Assembly (NCBI RefSeq): GCF_001194135.2
Contig: NC_068991.1
Span: 72,030,065-72,094,064 of the forward strand
Length of the DNA stretch: 64,000 nt
Direction: 5' to 3'
From: Octopus bimaculoides
Taxonomy: Eukaryota
Shown: piece after piece, positions 38,824 to 50,868 of the stretch
Layout: each line of letters opens with the position of its first letter
How positions within the stretch are numbered: the stretch's first letter is position 1
Position numbers and translations under genes: made by a program
The notes under the pieces: generated by a model
Database searches by the model: none
Told to the model about the DNA's origin: nothing
What the model saw: the letters and a program-made list of their open reading frames with translations, nothing else

Positions 38824-38859
38824 CAAATGGGAATAAGTCTTATGGAATGGTCCTTCAAC
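38824..38859 (-). CDS. Candidate 36-nt cassette exon (LKDHSIRLIPI)
   Basis: Strong acceptor ttttttttgtccag, moderate donor TTG|GTACTT; phase 2-2 open. No homology recognised. Confidence 0.3.
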
Positions 38860-39544
38860 CTGGACAAAAAAAATTCTTTAAAGAAAAAAAATATTGCATT
38901 ATATTAAAATTTCACTGAAAGAGATGCAAATAATGAGAAATGAATATATAAGCTAAAATATATGTTATATATATATATATATATATATATAATTTGTGTG
39001 TGTGTGTGTGTGTGTGTCACGTGTTTGCAACTGCGTGTGTATGAGTGAGTGAAACTTGGTGCAGTCCTCTGGTTTTCCAGCTCCTGTCAAGCCTTCTAAT
39101 TCATGCCAGCATGGATAACAGACACTAAATGAGGATGAAAAAACTCCCTCTTCCTTGAGCAACATCCTACCCACTCATGCTTACCATCTCCAACCATGTT
39201 TACCACTCTTTATCACTCACCCCTACATCCTTCTCCTCTTGTATTTATTCTGCTAGTCAACACCCTTCCTGTACTGCCAATCATCACTCCCTCTCTTCCT
39301 CGTCCTCACCCTTGTTCACCATTCACTGCACCCCAATTTATAACCATCTCTCACTTTCCCTCACACTTTTGCAACCTTCACCCATCCTTCTTTATCTTCT
39401 GTCCCCACACTGTCTTCTATTCACCTGCTTGTTCATTGAGGATATGCTCTGGCACTTCATCACCTTTTTATCTCTCTCTTTCTCCATCCAGCCACCCCCA
39501 ACCAGCTCTATATAATATGTAGAGTAGCCATGAATCTCCTTCAC

Positions 39545-39791
39545 AACAACAACCTGTTTCTTGTGTCTTTACTGCCCACAAGGGACTACACACAGAGGGG
39601 ACAAACAAGGACAGATAAACGGATTAAGTCGATTATATCGACCCCAGTGCCTAACTGGTACATATTTTATTGACCCCGAAAGGATGAGAGGCAAAGTTGA
39701 CTTCGGTGGAATTTGAACTCAGAACGTAGCGGCAGACGAAATACCGCTAAGAATTTCGCCCGGCGTGCTAACGTTTCAGCCAGCTCACCGC
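39545..39791 (-). mobile_element. Full-length, little-diverged SINE family A
   Basis: Retains CpGs; complete head to tail. Confidence 0.9.
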
Positions 39792-40129
39792 CTGTTTCTG
39801 TCCCCACATTCATACTGGAACCCCTCAATATTTTGCATGAAGCCTCCTCTCACTTGTGCTGGGGTTACATAAAACCACTAGTACTATCTGTAAAGTGGTT
39901 GGTATTAAGAATGGGCATCCAGCCATTGAAACCATGTTAAAACTCAAATGCTGGAGTAAGATGTGGTCCTCTGGTCCATTGGATCCTGTTGGACTGACCA
40001 ATCCATGACAGCATGTAAAGCAGATGTGAAATATCTTATACACACACACACACCTATCAGGCCAAGTAAAGTCATAGTCATGGCAGATACTGGTATCACG
40101 CAAATGGTCTGTAAAAGCATCCATTATAC

Positions 40130-40285
40130 TCTCAGAATGGTTAGTGTTAGGAAGAGCATCCAGCTGTAGAAACCCTGCCAAATCAGACTGGAGTCTGGTG
40201 CAGCCTTCCAGCTTGCCAGCCATGGTCAAACTGTCCAACCCATTCCAGCACGGACAACGGACATTAGATGATGATGATGATGATG
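40130..40285 (+). mobile_element. SINE family B with (GAT)n tail
   Basis: tggttagtgttaggaagagcatccagctgtagaaac ... acattagatgatgatg. Confidence 0.8.
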
Positions 40286-40572
40286 TGTAAATGTGTTGCA
40301 TATGTACATCTGATGTCTGTGAATGTGTGTATCTGTGATATAAATATTATGTGTGCGTGTGTGTGTATTATGCATACGTACACACGCAATTATAGATAGG
40401 TTGTTGAGGTCCTGAAATGTGAAGTAAATAAATATTTGTGATGTCAGAAACAACAACAATAAAAAAAAAAACGACTTCAAAACAATGAAGCAGAAAAATC
40501 AAACAAATAAACATACAACAAAATAAAAAAAGAAAAAAAAGAAAAATCAAATAAAAACCATAATATTCTTAC

Positions 40573-40721
40573 TTTTGGTAATTGGACCCTGCAGGAGGAT
40601 GGTCTGAATTGGCAGCATAACTTTCACGGTTGTGTTTGATACCTGTTATGGTGATGCCTTCATTGGAACCAAATGTTTGCTTTTTTGTTTTGGTGATATT
40701 GTGCAGTTCTGGGGAGTATTC
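40573..40721 (-). CDS. PACSIN: PACSIN post-F-BAR exon: EYSPELHNITKTKKQTFGSNEGITITGIKHNRESYAANSDHPPAGSNYQ
   Basis: Acceptor ttttgcccag, donor AA|GTAAGA; phase 0 to 2. Resembles the conserved (E)EWSADL...K...DGVTLTGI segment after WPQFE in PACSINs. Confidence 0.9.
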
Positions 40722-41364
40722 CTGGGCAAAAATGAATTAAAATAAATATTTACTAAAATGCAGAAAAAAAAAAAACCCACCTCACCGAAAGAAACCAAAA
40801 CAAAAGAAGCAAAATCTATAAATATGAAATTGGAACCTGAATAAAAACCATTATAGAATTTTAGAAATTGCTAATTACTTCCGTAAATATACCATTTCAA
40901 AATTTTAATTAAATAAAGTACCACGAGGAAATGGTTTGGCATGTAGTGGAACATCAAACTGATCACTGAAGAACGGTATCTGAAAATTCATTCTTGTGCT
41001 GCCAGTCATCCTATTCTCTTGAGTCACTTTTGTTTACATCCATCCCTCATTCTTGATACAAAAACCCTTCTTATTTACCACTGACCATTCCCGTTCTTGT
41101 TCACCATTCACTCCATCCCCATTTAAATTATCCCTCATTCTCCCCCCCCCCCCATCACACTTCGTATCAGATTGTACAGCCTCATAATGTTATTTCTGTA
41201 GAAAAGAGTACTCCTTAAGGAGCTTCACTATGTTAGTAATGTAATAAGAGTAACACTCTCCAATGAGGAACTTCTGAGAATAATACTCATGTTGCTTCTT
41301 CATTCTTACCCCATGTTTCTCTTCGTCATTGCTCCACATTTCTTATTGTTATTATCCTGCATTT

Positions 41365-41752
41365 TGTGGAGGCGCAATGGCCCAGTGGTTAGGGCAGCGG
41401 ACTCGCAGTCATAGGATCGCGGTTTCGATTCCCAGACCGGGCGTTGTGAGTGTTTATTGAGCGAAAACACCTAAAGCTCCACGAGGCTCCGGCAGGGGTT
41501 GGTGGCGAACCCTGCTGTAATCTTCCACCACAACTTTCTCTCACTCTTACTTCCTGTTTCTGTTGTGCCTGTAATTCAAAGGGTCAGCCTTGTCACACTG
41601 TGTCACGCTGAATATCCCCGAGAACTACGTTAAGGGTACACGTGTCTGTGGAGTGCTCAGCCACTTGAACGTTAATTTCACGAGCAGGCTGTTCCGTTAA
41701 TCAGATCAACTGGAACCCTCGACATCGTAAGCGACGGAGTGCCAACAACAAC
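41365..41752 (+). mobile_element. Full-length tRNA-derived SINE family D with (CAA)n tail
   Basis: tRNA-like head TGGCCCAGTGGTTAGGGCAGCGGAC...GGTTTCGATTCCC; second copy at 58774-59099. Confidence 0.9.
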
Positions 41753-41965
41753 TCCACATTATGTCTCGTTAGTTCTCTGAATTTTATGTTATTACTTTGC
41801 ATTCCTGTCATTATAACCCTGCATTTTCCTTCATGATTGCCTAACACTTCATGTTTTTACCCTACATTTTTTGCTGTTATCCCACATTTGATTTCATAAT
41901 TATCTATATTCTACTTCATTGTTACCCCACATTTTACTCCATTATTATCCCACATTTCAAAATGG

Positions 41966-42000
<35 letters not shown>

Positions 42001-42097
42001 CGAGTACATAAGAATACATATACAATATCCAAAATATTTCTTCTAATTTCAACTGACCTGTTCTCAAACATGGTATTCTTTCTGAATGATAGTTCCT

Positions 42098-42325
42098 TTA
42101 ACCCTTTAGCATTTAAACTGGCCATATCTGGCCCAAATATTTTACCTGTTTCATGTTCAAACTGGCCAGATCTGGCTGTTCATACCTATCCTACAATGTC
42201 ATTCTAAAAAAATAATCAATCATATCACAAAAATCTCAAAACTAGGAGATAATACTTACTTATTCTCATTGTTTTAAATTAATTGTATTACAATTGAATG
42301 AGTAATCTGAATGCTAAAGGGCTGA
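42098..42325. mobile_element. piggyBac-like MITE family F
   Basis: ttaaccctttagcattt ... aatgctaaagggctga. Confidence 0.8.
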
Positions 42326-42657
42326 GACAATTTTTTTCTATGGCATCACCAATGTTTCCAATACTCTTGGTTTTGCCTTGACTCCCTCAATTCATGGTAA
42401 AACACGTCACAGACTTGATGGGAAAAGAACAAGTTGATTTTCTTCAAAAATTCTATTATACGGTCATTGTTCACATTTTTAAAACAAATTATCCATAAAT
42501 TATTATTTGAAACGACAGCTTAGATTTAAGCATGAAAATAGAGCCAATGAGAAAAAAAAGAAAGAAAAAAAGAAAGAATAAAAAGAAACTGATGAGGAAC
42601 AATAACAAAGAAACTTGATACAATTTCTTTGTTTTTACCCACTCAGGATTTTTCACA

Positions 42658-42851
42658 TATGAAGGGGTGCTGAAAAGTTCCTGGCTTTAAAGGGTATCAT
42701 GAAAAGCCTGGTTGGAGGCCTGACTTTCTGAGTTATTTTACAAGGCTTAGAAAAACTGAAGGACTGCTGCAATAAGTGAATAAAAATCATAACTGATCCT
42801 CCTATATTTTTCTCTTACCAAAAGCCAGGAACTTTTCAGCAACCCCTTGTA
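42658..42851. mobile_element. Tc1/mariner-type MITE with TA ends
   Basis: TIR aggggtgctgaaaagttcctggcttt / aaagccaggaacttttcagcaacccct; partial second copy at about 44584-44690. Confidence 0.85.
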
Positions 42852-43689
42852 TGCAGACCTGATCAACCAAATAGTTGATCAGATCCAGAAATAAATGTAC
42901 CCAACTCAAAGCACTGCCATGCACAGATTTGTATTATGTTAGAGCCACCATGGGGCCAAGGTGAAAGGTAAGTGCATATGTTTTTTTAGAACTTTTACTT
43001 GTTGGGGAGAGGGAGTGAGGGAAGGTGTTCTCAAAATAGAGATCTGGCCTGAATGCTTGTAACAAGTGGACCTTGATGAATGCAATCAAGGCATCAGGTG
43101 GTAGTATTAAACTGGACAGTGGATTGTCTACTGTCCATGTAGGCCACAGCAGGATTAGAACTCAGATCAGGTTAAAAAAACAAAAAACAAAAAAAAAACA
43201 GGGCAAATAGTGCAAGACAACTAGTTTGACACGCTTATAATTCCACCAATCAAATGCCCTGGATTGGTACTTTTTAATTGGCCATAAAAAGATGAAAGGC
43301 AAAGTTGACCATGGCAGGATTTGAACTCATTGTGCTGAGAATCACAATAAATACCATGAAGCAGTCTATCCAAAGCTTTAACATCCATTTCCCATACTGG
43401 CATGGGTTGGATGGTTTGAAAGGTTTCGACAAGCTACAGAACTGCATCAAGTTCCAATGTCTATTTTGGCAATGGTTTCTATAGCTGGATGCCCTTCCTA
43501 ACATTAACCACTCTACTCTGTGTACTGGCACTCGTAAGGTTGTCAAACAATAAAAGGTTGCAAGTAAAGGAAAAACAAAACCCCTTTTAATTGAATATAC
43601 AGAGGGTGTAGTTGAGAGACGGAGGTGGCTTTATGCCAGGTATCTTGCTACAGAGGAGATACATAGCTACCCTGCATTAGGTAAGGGTG

Positions 43690-44070
43690 GGTGCGTTAAC
43701 TGGAAAAAGGACTGCTAATTCCTCATTACATAGGAAATGCCTCTGACATCAAAGAGTTTATTAAAGAGCATCCACTTGTGACTACATGTGCTCTCAATAT
43801 ACTTTCCTATTATTGCTGTAAGATTAAAGCCATGTTCAATCATCTTTGGTGAGTGAGATACTGTCTGACAATTGTCAGATGGAGGATTACCGCAGGACAA
43901 ATTAAGGTGAGCTGGCATTCATGCTATACAGACACTGAGCTTGGCATTTGGCTTTAAAGATGTTGTGAAGAGGGAGATCAATGTCTTTGCCATTAATCAA
44001 AATGAATAGTAAGGAAACAGCTGCAGAGAGATTCTTGGAGTTGGCACGCTGCCATGGACGAGAAATCAAT
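43690..44070 (-). mobile_element. Possible decayed LINE endonuclease fragment
   Basis: Interrupted frames loosely resembling APE-domain motifs (CLY...SSP; ...LFPVNAPT); weak. Confidence 0.3.
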
Positions 44071-44734
44071 AAGGAACACTATAATTGAAGTGTGGCAAGC
44101 ACACAAACAAAACACCTCATACATAAATACACGCATTGGTGGGAGCACGCGTGTGCATGCACGTGTGTATGTGTGTGCGTGAGTGTGCATGTATGTGTGT
44201 GTGTGTATGTGTGTGTGTGTGTATGTGTGCACGTATACAGGAATACAAAGCAGCACAGTCGGGTTACTTTAACCTTTGTTTAAGCGTAGGTAAGATCAAT
44301 ATGTGCACCGATGTTACATGTAGGTGCAAATGAAATAGATAAATGTATTATTGTGACATTCGTAGATGAAATAGAGAATTTTATATACACATACACACAG
44401 ACATATATATGCACAAACATATACATCATCATTGCTTCAGTGTCTATGCTCGCATGGGTCAGAGGGAATTCATTGAGGCAGATATTACATGCATGTAGTT
44501 ATGGATAAAATATATACATACTGGTGTTACATGTATGTAGGTGCAGATAAGACAGATGTATGAATATATATATATATATATATATACAAGGGGGTGCTGA
44601 AAAAATCCTGGCTTTAAGGGTATTGTGAAAGGCCTGATTGGAGGTCCAACCTTCTAAGTTCTTTTACAGGGCTTCGAAAAACTGAATTAATGTACGACGT
44701 CAAGAGATACATGAACATGCACACACAGACATAC

Positions 44735-44792
<58 letters not shown>

Positions 44793-46059
44793 TATAACCA
44801 TCATTAAATATGACTGAGGGTGTTGTAAAAACCTACATTGCTAGAAATAAGAGCTAAACACTCTAATACTGCAGTCGAAGCATGTAATTGTATACCTACG
44901 TGCTGATAGAGACCATAAATGCCTGAAAAGCAGCAGTCAAGATATTTCCAGACTGCTGCCTAAAAAATTATTTAACACACACACACAACAGGTCTCTTTT
45001 TGGTTTCCATTTACCAAGTTTAGCTCACAAGGCTTTACATGGCCTGCCTCTCTAAGTAGAACACACTTTCCCAAGGTGTTGTATAGTGGGACTGAACCTG
45101 AAACCACGGATGAGATTTGAATCCCAGGCCTAAATACTGCTTGGCATTTTGTTTCCGTGACTCAACTGCCACAAACAATTCTTGAAATGAATCGATATCA
45201 AAAGCATAAAGAACGAGGGGCAGAGATGTCACAGTTTATGTCTAACAGATGTTGAAATACATATTCTGTGTTGATAATGATCAATACTGAACATAAAGGA
45301 AGGTAGTAACACTGAATAAGAACTGATTATAGAGGAAAGGAAATTCTGAACGACAAGCTCTATAGTACTGGTAGCATAATAAAATGGATCTAGTTCATGC
45401 TGTAAAGTGGTTGGTGATAGAAAGGGAATTCAATCATAGACGCTATGTTAAAAATAAAGGGAAAGTACAAAGGAAACATGGGCTTTGAAAGCTGCATCAC
45501 ACCTATTTGCCAAGAAGGACAGTGACCCTGGATAAGAATTGATATAGGGCAGAAGGGACTTTTTTTGTTTTTATCCAGTTACTGTTTTTTCTCTGGTGAT
45601 GTTGACATGCTAAACTGTATCCAGTTCATGCTGAAAGAGGATACACAACAAAAGAGTCAGCCAGTTTTTTTGTTGTGTGTGCATGCTCTGTGATGAAATG
45701 GAGGATTGTAGTGGATGGTGAGACAAACGACAGTAGTGACTAGGGAGGTAAAAAGACTGATGAGATGAGGGATCACAGTGAGTAGCAAGACAAGGGACCA
45801 TGGAGGATAACAAAACAGAACTGGTGGGTGGCAAGGTGACAGACTACACTAAATAATGAAATGAAGGACCATGAGGTGATGAGACAGAGGGTCAGAGTGG
45901 TCAAAAGGCAAAAGACTGTGATTAGTGGTAAGGCAAATTAATAGAACCACCTAGAAAGAAATTCAGTGAGATACATTTTAAAATATCATGAGAAACTTTG
46001 GTCAAAATTTGTAAAACTTTTCAGATGCATATATACATAATTGAGGGCTTGAAAATACC

Positions 46060-46560
46060 AAACTAGTGCTGTAAAGGTACTTGAAATAATAGCTTGAGGG
46101 AAGGAGTGTTGGGACCTGACAGTACATTCCATTCTTCTTGTTTCTTTTGTTTTTGTTTTCTCTGTTGCATGCCAAAGTTTGGAACAATCTTCCACATACA
46201 AATAACAACACATTATTCCCATCAGTGTTCCAAAGAGTAGAGGTAGAATGTGCTGAGGTGTTCCTGGTAGCTCAGAATTTTGACATGTTTTTCACTTTTT
46301 GTCATGTACAATATATGTCATTTACTGTTGTATCTGATGTCTAGATTTTGTTGGAGATGACAGATATTATCGTCCGTCTTGACTGTATATCCACTGAGAG
46401 TGGCTAATTGTATATTTTTTGTCAAGGCCAACATTATGAGAACCAAAAGGAGGCCCAGAATGGTGCTTTGTGACAGTTCATTTCTTACCATAGACATTCT
46501 AGACAGAAGACCATTAGTCATATTTAAATAGAAGGGTTTACATAACACATTCTTTTTATA
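46060..46560 (-). mobile_element. Decayed CR1/L2-like RT fragment
   Basis: SQSTILGLLL (PQGSILGPLL), KTDD (FADD), and ...VICMWKIVPNFG. Confidence 0.6.
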
Positions 46561-47670
46561 GTTTGGTACATAAGGTTGACTGCAGTAATACCACATATTT
46601 GCCAGTTAAGTTAAAAGTTGCTTTTAACCAGCAAAGTTCACAAGTCACTTTTAAAGATGCTTTTGTTTAGCATGTCCAAATTTTCTCAAAATATATTGGA
46701 TAGCAATTATAATAAATCTGACTAAACACTTCTAGTTTAGAAAAGTCAGTGTATATAAAATATTTTCCTGGGAATTCACAGACCAAAATTAGAGGTACTA
46801 CATGTTATATATGAGGGTGTATTATACATAAATAAACATGGTATATAAATAGAAAAGCAGTTAAAAAATTCATTTTAAGATTAAAAAACAAATGTTAGTC
46901 ATATTTCAATGTTAAAGAGATTTTATTGCAGTTAGTTTCAAATAACAAAGGAAATACAATAAATAGTACAACATGGTTAAAACTACTTTCAACAAATATA
47001 CTACAAGAGTTGTATGAGGAAATGAGCTTCATTTGTTTGGAAGTTGTCTCTTGCCTTCTCTCACTCAATCACACACACACACTCTCTCTCTCTCTCTTTC
47101 ACAGGAACATAATGGTGAAGTAAATTAAATGTAGGCTGCTGTAATCCATAGCTCAGTAATTTCTATCTCTGGACAGGGAACTTGTTTGTTCATTATTATC
47201 TATCAAGGGTAATTATAGCATCCTGGGTTACAGTGGCTTGGCCGAGCATAAGAGTTAAGTACCAAGGAAATCCAACAGTGTTTATAGCTGTATTGGCTGC
47301 TTCTGCTGGTGGCCAAATTATTTTAAATGTCAGTAAAATATTTGAAACTGAAAATTAGGTATGATAGCGATAGCAAGGAGAGAAACTATCTAATGTTTTA
47401 TACAAAGCCATTCATTCTCTGATCAGAATGTACACTTGTTTATATAATTTTCCTCCTCTTACAATAACTTGATGGCCTCCTTTCTTTATTTTATTGTACT
47501 GTCTTGACAATGTAGTCTCCTATGGCCCCTAATTATTAAATTTCACGAGTGGAAAGATTAAACTCAGAATGCAAAGACCCAGAAGAAATGCTGCTAAGTA
47601 TTCTAACCAAGGTGTTAACAATTCTGCCTGCTCGATGCTTTAACGATAACAATCCTTTCTGCTGTAGGCA

Positions 47671-47840
47671 CAAGGCCTGAAATTTTGGAGGAGGGGGGAT
47701 AATCGATCACATTGATCCCAAGGTCCAGAATTTTGGGGGAGGGGGGATAGTCAATCACATTGACCCCAAAGCCTAAAATTTTGGAGGAGGGGGGATAATC
47801 GATCACATTGATCCCAAGGTCCAGAATTTTGGGGGAGGGG
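47671..47840. repeat. 48-bp minisatellite derived from the SINE family A tail, alternating A/B units, running into a gap
   Basis: Units start at 47671, 47719, 47767 and 47815; sequence matches the family A tail (aaggcctgaaattttgg...gggg...gatcacattgacccc). Confidence 0.85.
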
Positions 47841-48269
47841 NNNNNNNNNNNNNNNNNNNNNNNNNNNNNNNNNNNNNNNNNNNNNNNNNNNNNNNNNNNN
47901 NNNNNNNNNNNNNNNNNNNNNNNNNNNNNNNNNNNNNNNNNNNNNNNNNNNNNNNNNNNNNNNNNNNNNNNNNNNNNNNNNNNNNNNNNNNNNNNNNNNN
48001 NNNNNNNNNNNNNNNNNNNNNNNNNNNNNNNNNNNNNNNNNNNNNNNNNNNNNNNNNNNNNNNNNNNNNNNNNNNNNNNNNNNNNNNNNNNNNNNNNNNN
48101 NNNNNNNNNNNNNNNNNNNNNNNNNNNNNNNNNNNATTGTAAATAATATATTAAAATTTTCATTTATAACTTAAATATTTATGTTTGTCCATTTGCAAAA
48201 GGTTAAAATAATAATTAGTGAAACTTTGTAAACTACTATCATGTATGATTCATTGCAACAAAATATTCT

Positions 48270-48451
48270 TTTCTACTCTAGGCATAAGGCTTGAAATCTT
48301 GGGGGAGGAGGCTGGTTGATTAGATCGCCCCCAGTATGCAACTGGCACTTAATTTATCGACCCCGAAAGGCAAAGTCGACCTTGGCAGAATTTGAACTCA
48401 GAACAGAAAGACAGACGAAATACCGCTAAGCATTTCACCTGGCGTGCTAAC
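48270..48451 (-). mobile_element. SINE family A
   Basis: Matches the family consensus. Confidence 0.85.
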
Positions 48452-50022
48452 TCGAAACAAAATGTTAACACAGGAATGCTAAGTTTACAGTCAAAAAAAG
48501 GTAAATTAGTTTATAGAAAAAAATCTACTCCATCTCTTTTGTAAAAAATTGAATAATTTATAAATATATCTATAAATTTTTTTATAAATGTAATACAAAG
48601 GCACTTGTTTGTTAAAAGTACATAAACATGCATCATACATACATACATACATACATACATGAATTGACTTTTAATGAGCAATTTAGCAATAAATATGATA
48701 TTGCTTACTAACATAGGCACAAAGCCAGACAAAGAGTATAGCTGCTTACATCAACCCAGTACTTGCCTGATACTGTATTTTATCAACCCTGAATGGATGA
48801 AAGGCAAAACTGACCCTGATATGGAAGGCTCAAATTCATAACATAATGACATATTGAAAACAATACAAAGTAGCTTGTCTGTCACTCTATTGATTTTGGT
48901 AACACATCTCCCTTACCAATAAATAATATATTAACAACTATAAACAGAATTAAGACTAGTCCGATCCAGATGATTTTAACACTTGACTCATCTTGAAAAA
49001 TAAATAAAATTCCTCATAAAACATAAAACAACAACAACAAAATGTTGATTTCCACAATCATAACAATCCCCAAGTTCATATAATGCCTAATATGGGCATA
49101 TGCCTACTCAACGTATAAGGAAATTAAATGGAATAAATGATGATGAACTTTTGAACAAGACCAAGTTTATTCAGAATGACTAAGAATGAATGTTCACATA
49201 TCCGTGAACAAAGAAAGGTCTTGGAGTTAGAACTTTTGATGGCTGATATACGGTCTTCTAAGATACTAAACCTTGGTTGTAAATATTGGTAGTGCTTTCC
49301 TTGCTTGGAAAGGTGACACACTGCATTCTGCAGCACTTATTATACAGGCTCCGTAAAATAAATACATGGTGTGAATTCTGTATAACCTTCATTTTTCTAT
49401 CTGTTACATTAAAACTTATGATTAACTTGGAAAAACAAAAAATGACAAGTTTATAAAAATATATGGTAGTGAAATTTAAGTTGATACATAATTTCATATA
49501 ATTCCTTAAACCTTTTCCTTTTAAATAGCAAAAAAGTATGAAAAAATAACAAAGATAACTAGCATAGTTTCTATATAATATTACAGATTTTTTTAAAAAT
49601 CACCATTACATTTAACTGTTTTTCTAATTTAAATAATTTTTTAAAAAATTGAAATTCGATTAAAAAAGAAAAAAACTAACATGAGATTTCCAGAGAACAT
49701 AAAAACTACAATTATTTAATGATCACATACCATAAAGCTAAAATAATTTGTACATCCTTCTTAATACAGAGAAAACTTTAAAAAACTTACATTCTTGAGA
49801 TATATTATAAAGATTATTTTAACTATGATACAAAGACAAAAAGATCTACATGATAACAACAGCCAGGTAAGTAAGCAAGGCTTTCTTTTTTTTTTTTCAT
49901 CAAATTTATACCAATATCTCCAAGCAAACTGTCCAGCTCACAGTTTCATAGGCAGCACCAGGCAGTTAGTGAAATGAGAGTTTGTACAAGACTTCACACT
50001 AGCATTTCCACGAAAGACTCAC

Positions 50023-50045
50023 TCAATTTGATCCGGATGGTAGTC
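50023..50045 (-). CDS. PACSIN: Candidate 23-nt PACSIN microexon (DYHPDQI-E/D), phase 0 to 2
   Basis: Acceptor ttctgtttttcacttcag and consensus donor GA|GTGAGT; DYHPD resembles EYSPE of the 40721 exon. Confidence 0.6.
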
Positions 50046-50527
50046 CTGAAGTGAAAAACAGAATGTGTGTCACTCCACAAAGAATGAGTCCTCAAGAAAG
50101 TCAGTGCAGTTTTGAGACAGATTGCTTAAGAATCAAATTCTTTCCTTTGATGGTTTTCTACTTTGATAAAAGTTGCTTTAAGAAACTGTCCCAGCTACTT
50201 GCCAAAGGCCAAAGTGACAACACTCCTCTCTCCCTCTTCCTCACTCTCCATTGGAGGCCCAAAATATTAGACTCTGTATCACTAATGGCAACTGAACTTA
50301 ACAAATATGAAAACCATCACCAGTTACTTAATCACTTAACAAACCAGTCCTTCAATTTATTTTACCAATTTCATTAATTCTATTTTACTAGATTGGTATG
50401 ACACTAATTAAAAAAATGTTCAATAAAAAAAAAAAAATTGTAAGGTAGTAATTGCTTTTAGCCCCAGATCGGCTCTGATCAAAGTCATTCCAGCCTTGAC
50501 AATCTTGTCTTTTTAGGGGTAGCTAGT

Positions 50528-50868
50528 AAAAGGGTAAAGACCCTCTTTGGTCATGAATGACCATGGGGTTGCACCTAGAAAGTTCCCCTCTGAGGCACAA
50601 GTTTGGGCAAGGATGTTTATGGAAGACCAGTGGTTGTCCATGCATGCCAACCTCCCCTTTCCATGCCACCAATGTTATCCGAGAGGCAAAGGCCAATACA
50701 GCTTGGCACCAGTGATGTCGCAACTCATTTCTACAGCTGAGTGAACTGAAGCAACGTGAAATAAAGTGTCTTGCTCAAGAACACAACACGCAGCCCGGTC
50801 CGGGAATCGAACTCGCTACTTTATGATGGTGAGCCCGACATTCTAACCACTGAGCCATGTGCCTTCAC
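50528..50868 (-). mobile_element. tRNA-derived CORE-like SINE family E
   Basis: Reverse strand GGCTCAGTGGTTAGAATGTC...GAGTTCGATTCCC...GAGCAAGACACTTTATTTCAC; fragments at about 6280-6420, 17700-17850 and 32900-33070. Confidence 0.8.

Noticed and set aside
39176-39530. His/Ser/Pro-rich ORFs
   Set aside because: Degenerate C/T/A low-complexity tract, not coding-like.
41365-41435. tRNA genes (also 2113-2170, 50800-50868 and SINE A/C heads)
   Set aside because: tRNA-like A/B boxes continue into repeated SINE bodies and tails; no complete cloverleaf with acceptor stem was evident.
43864-44959. 16-bp perfect palindrome (43864-43879) and 9-bp stem-loop (44930-44959)
   Set aside because: Short and isolated, with no supporting context.
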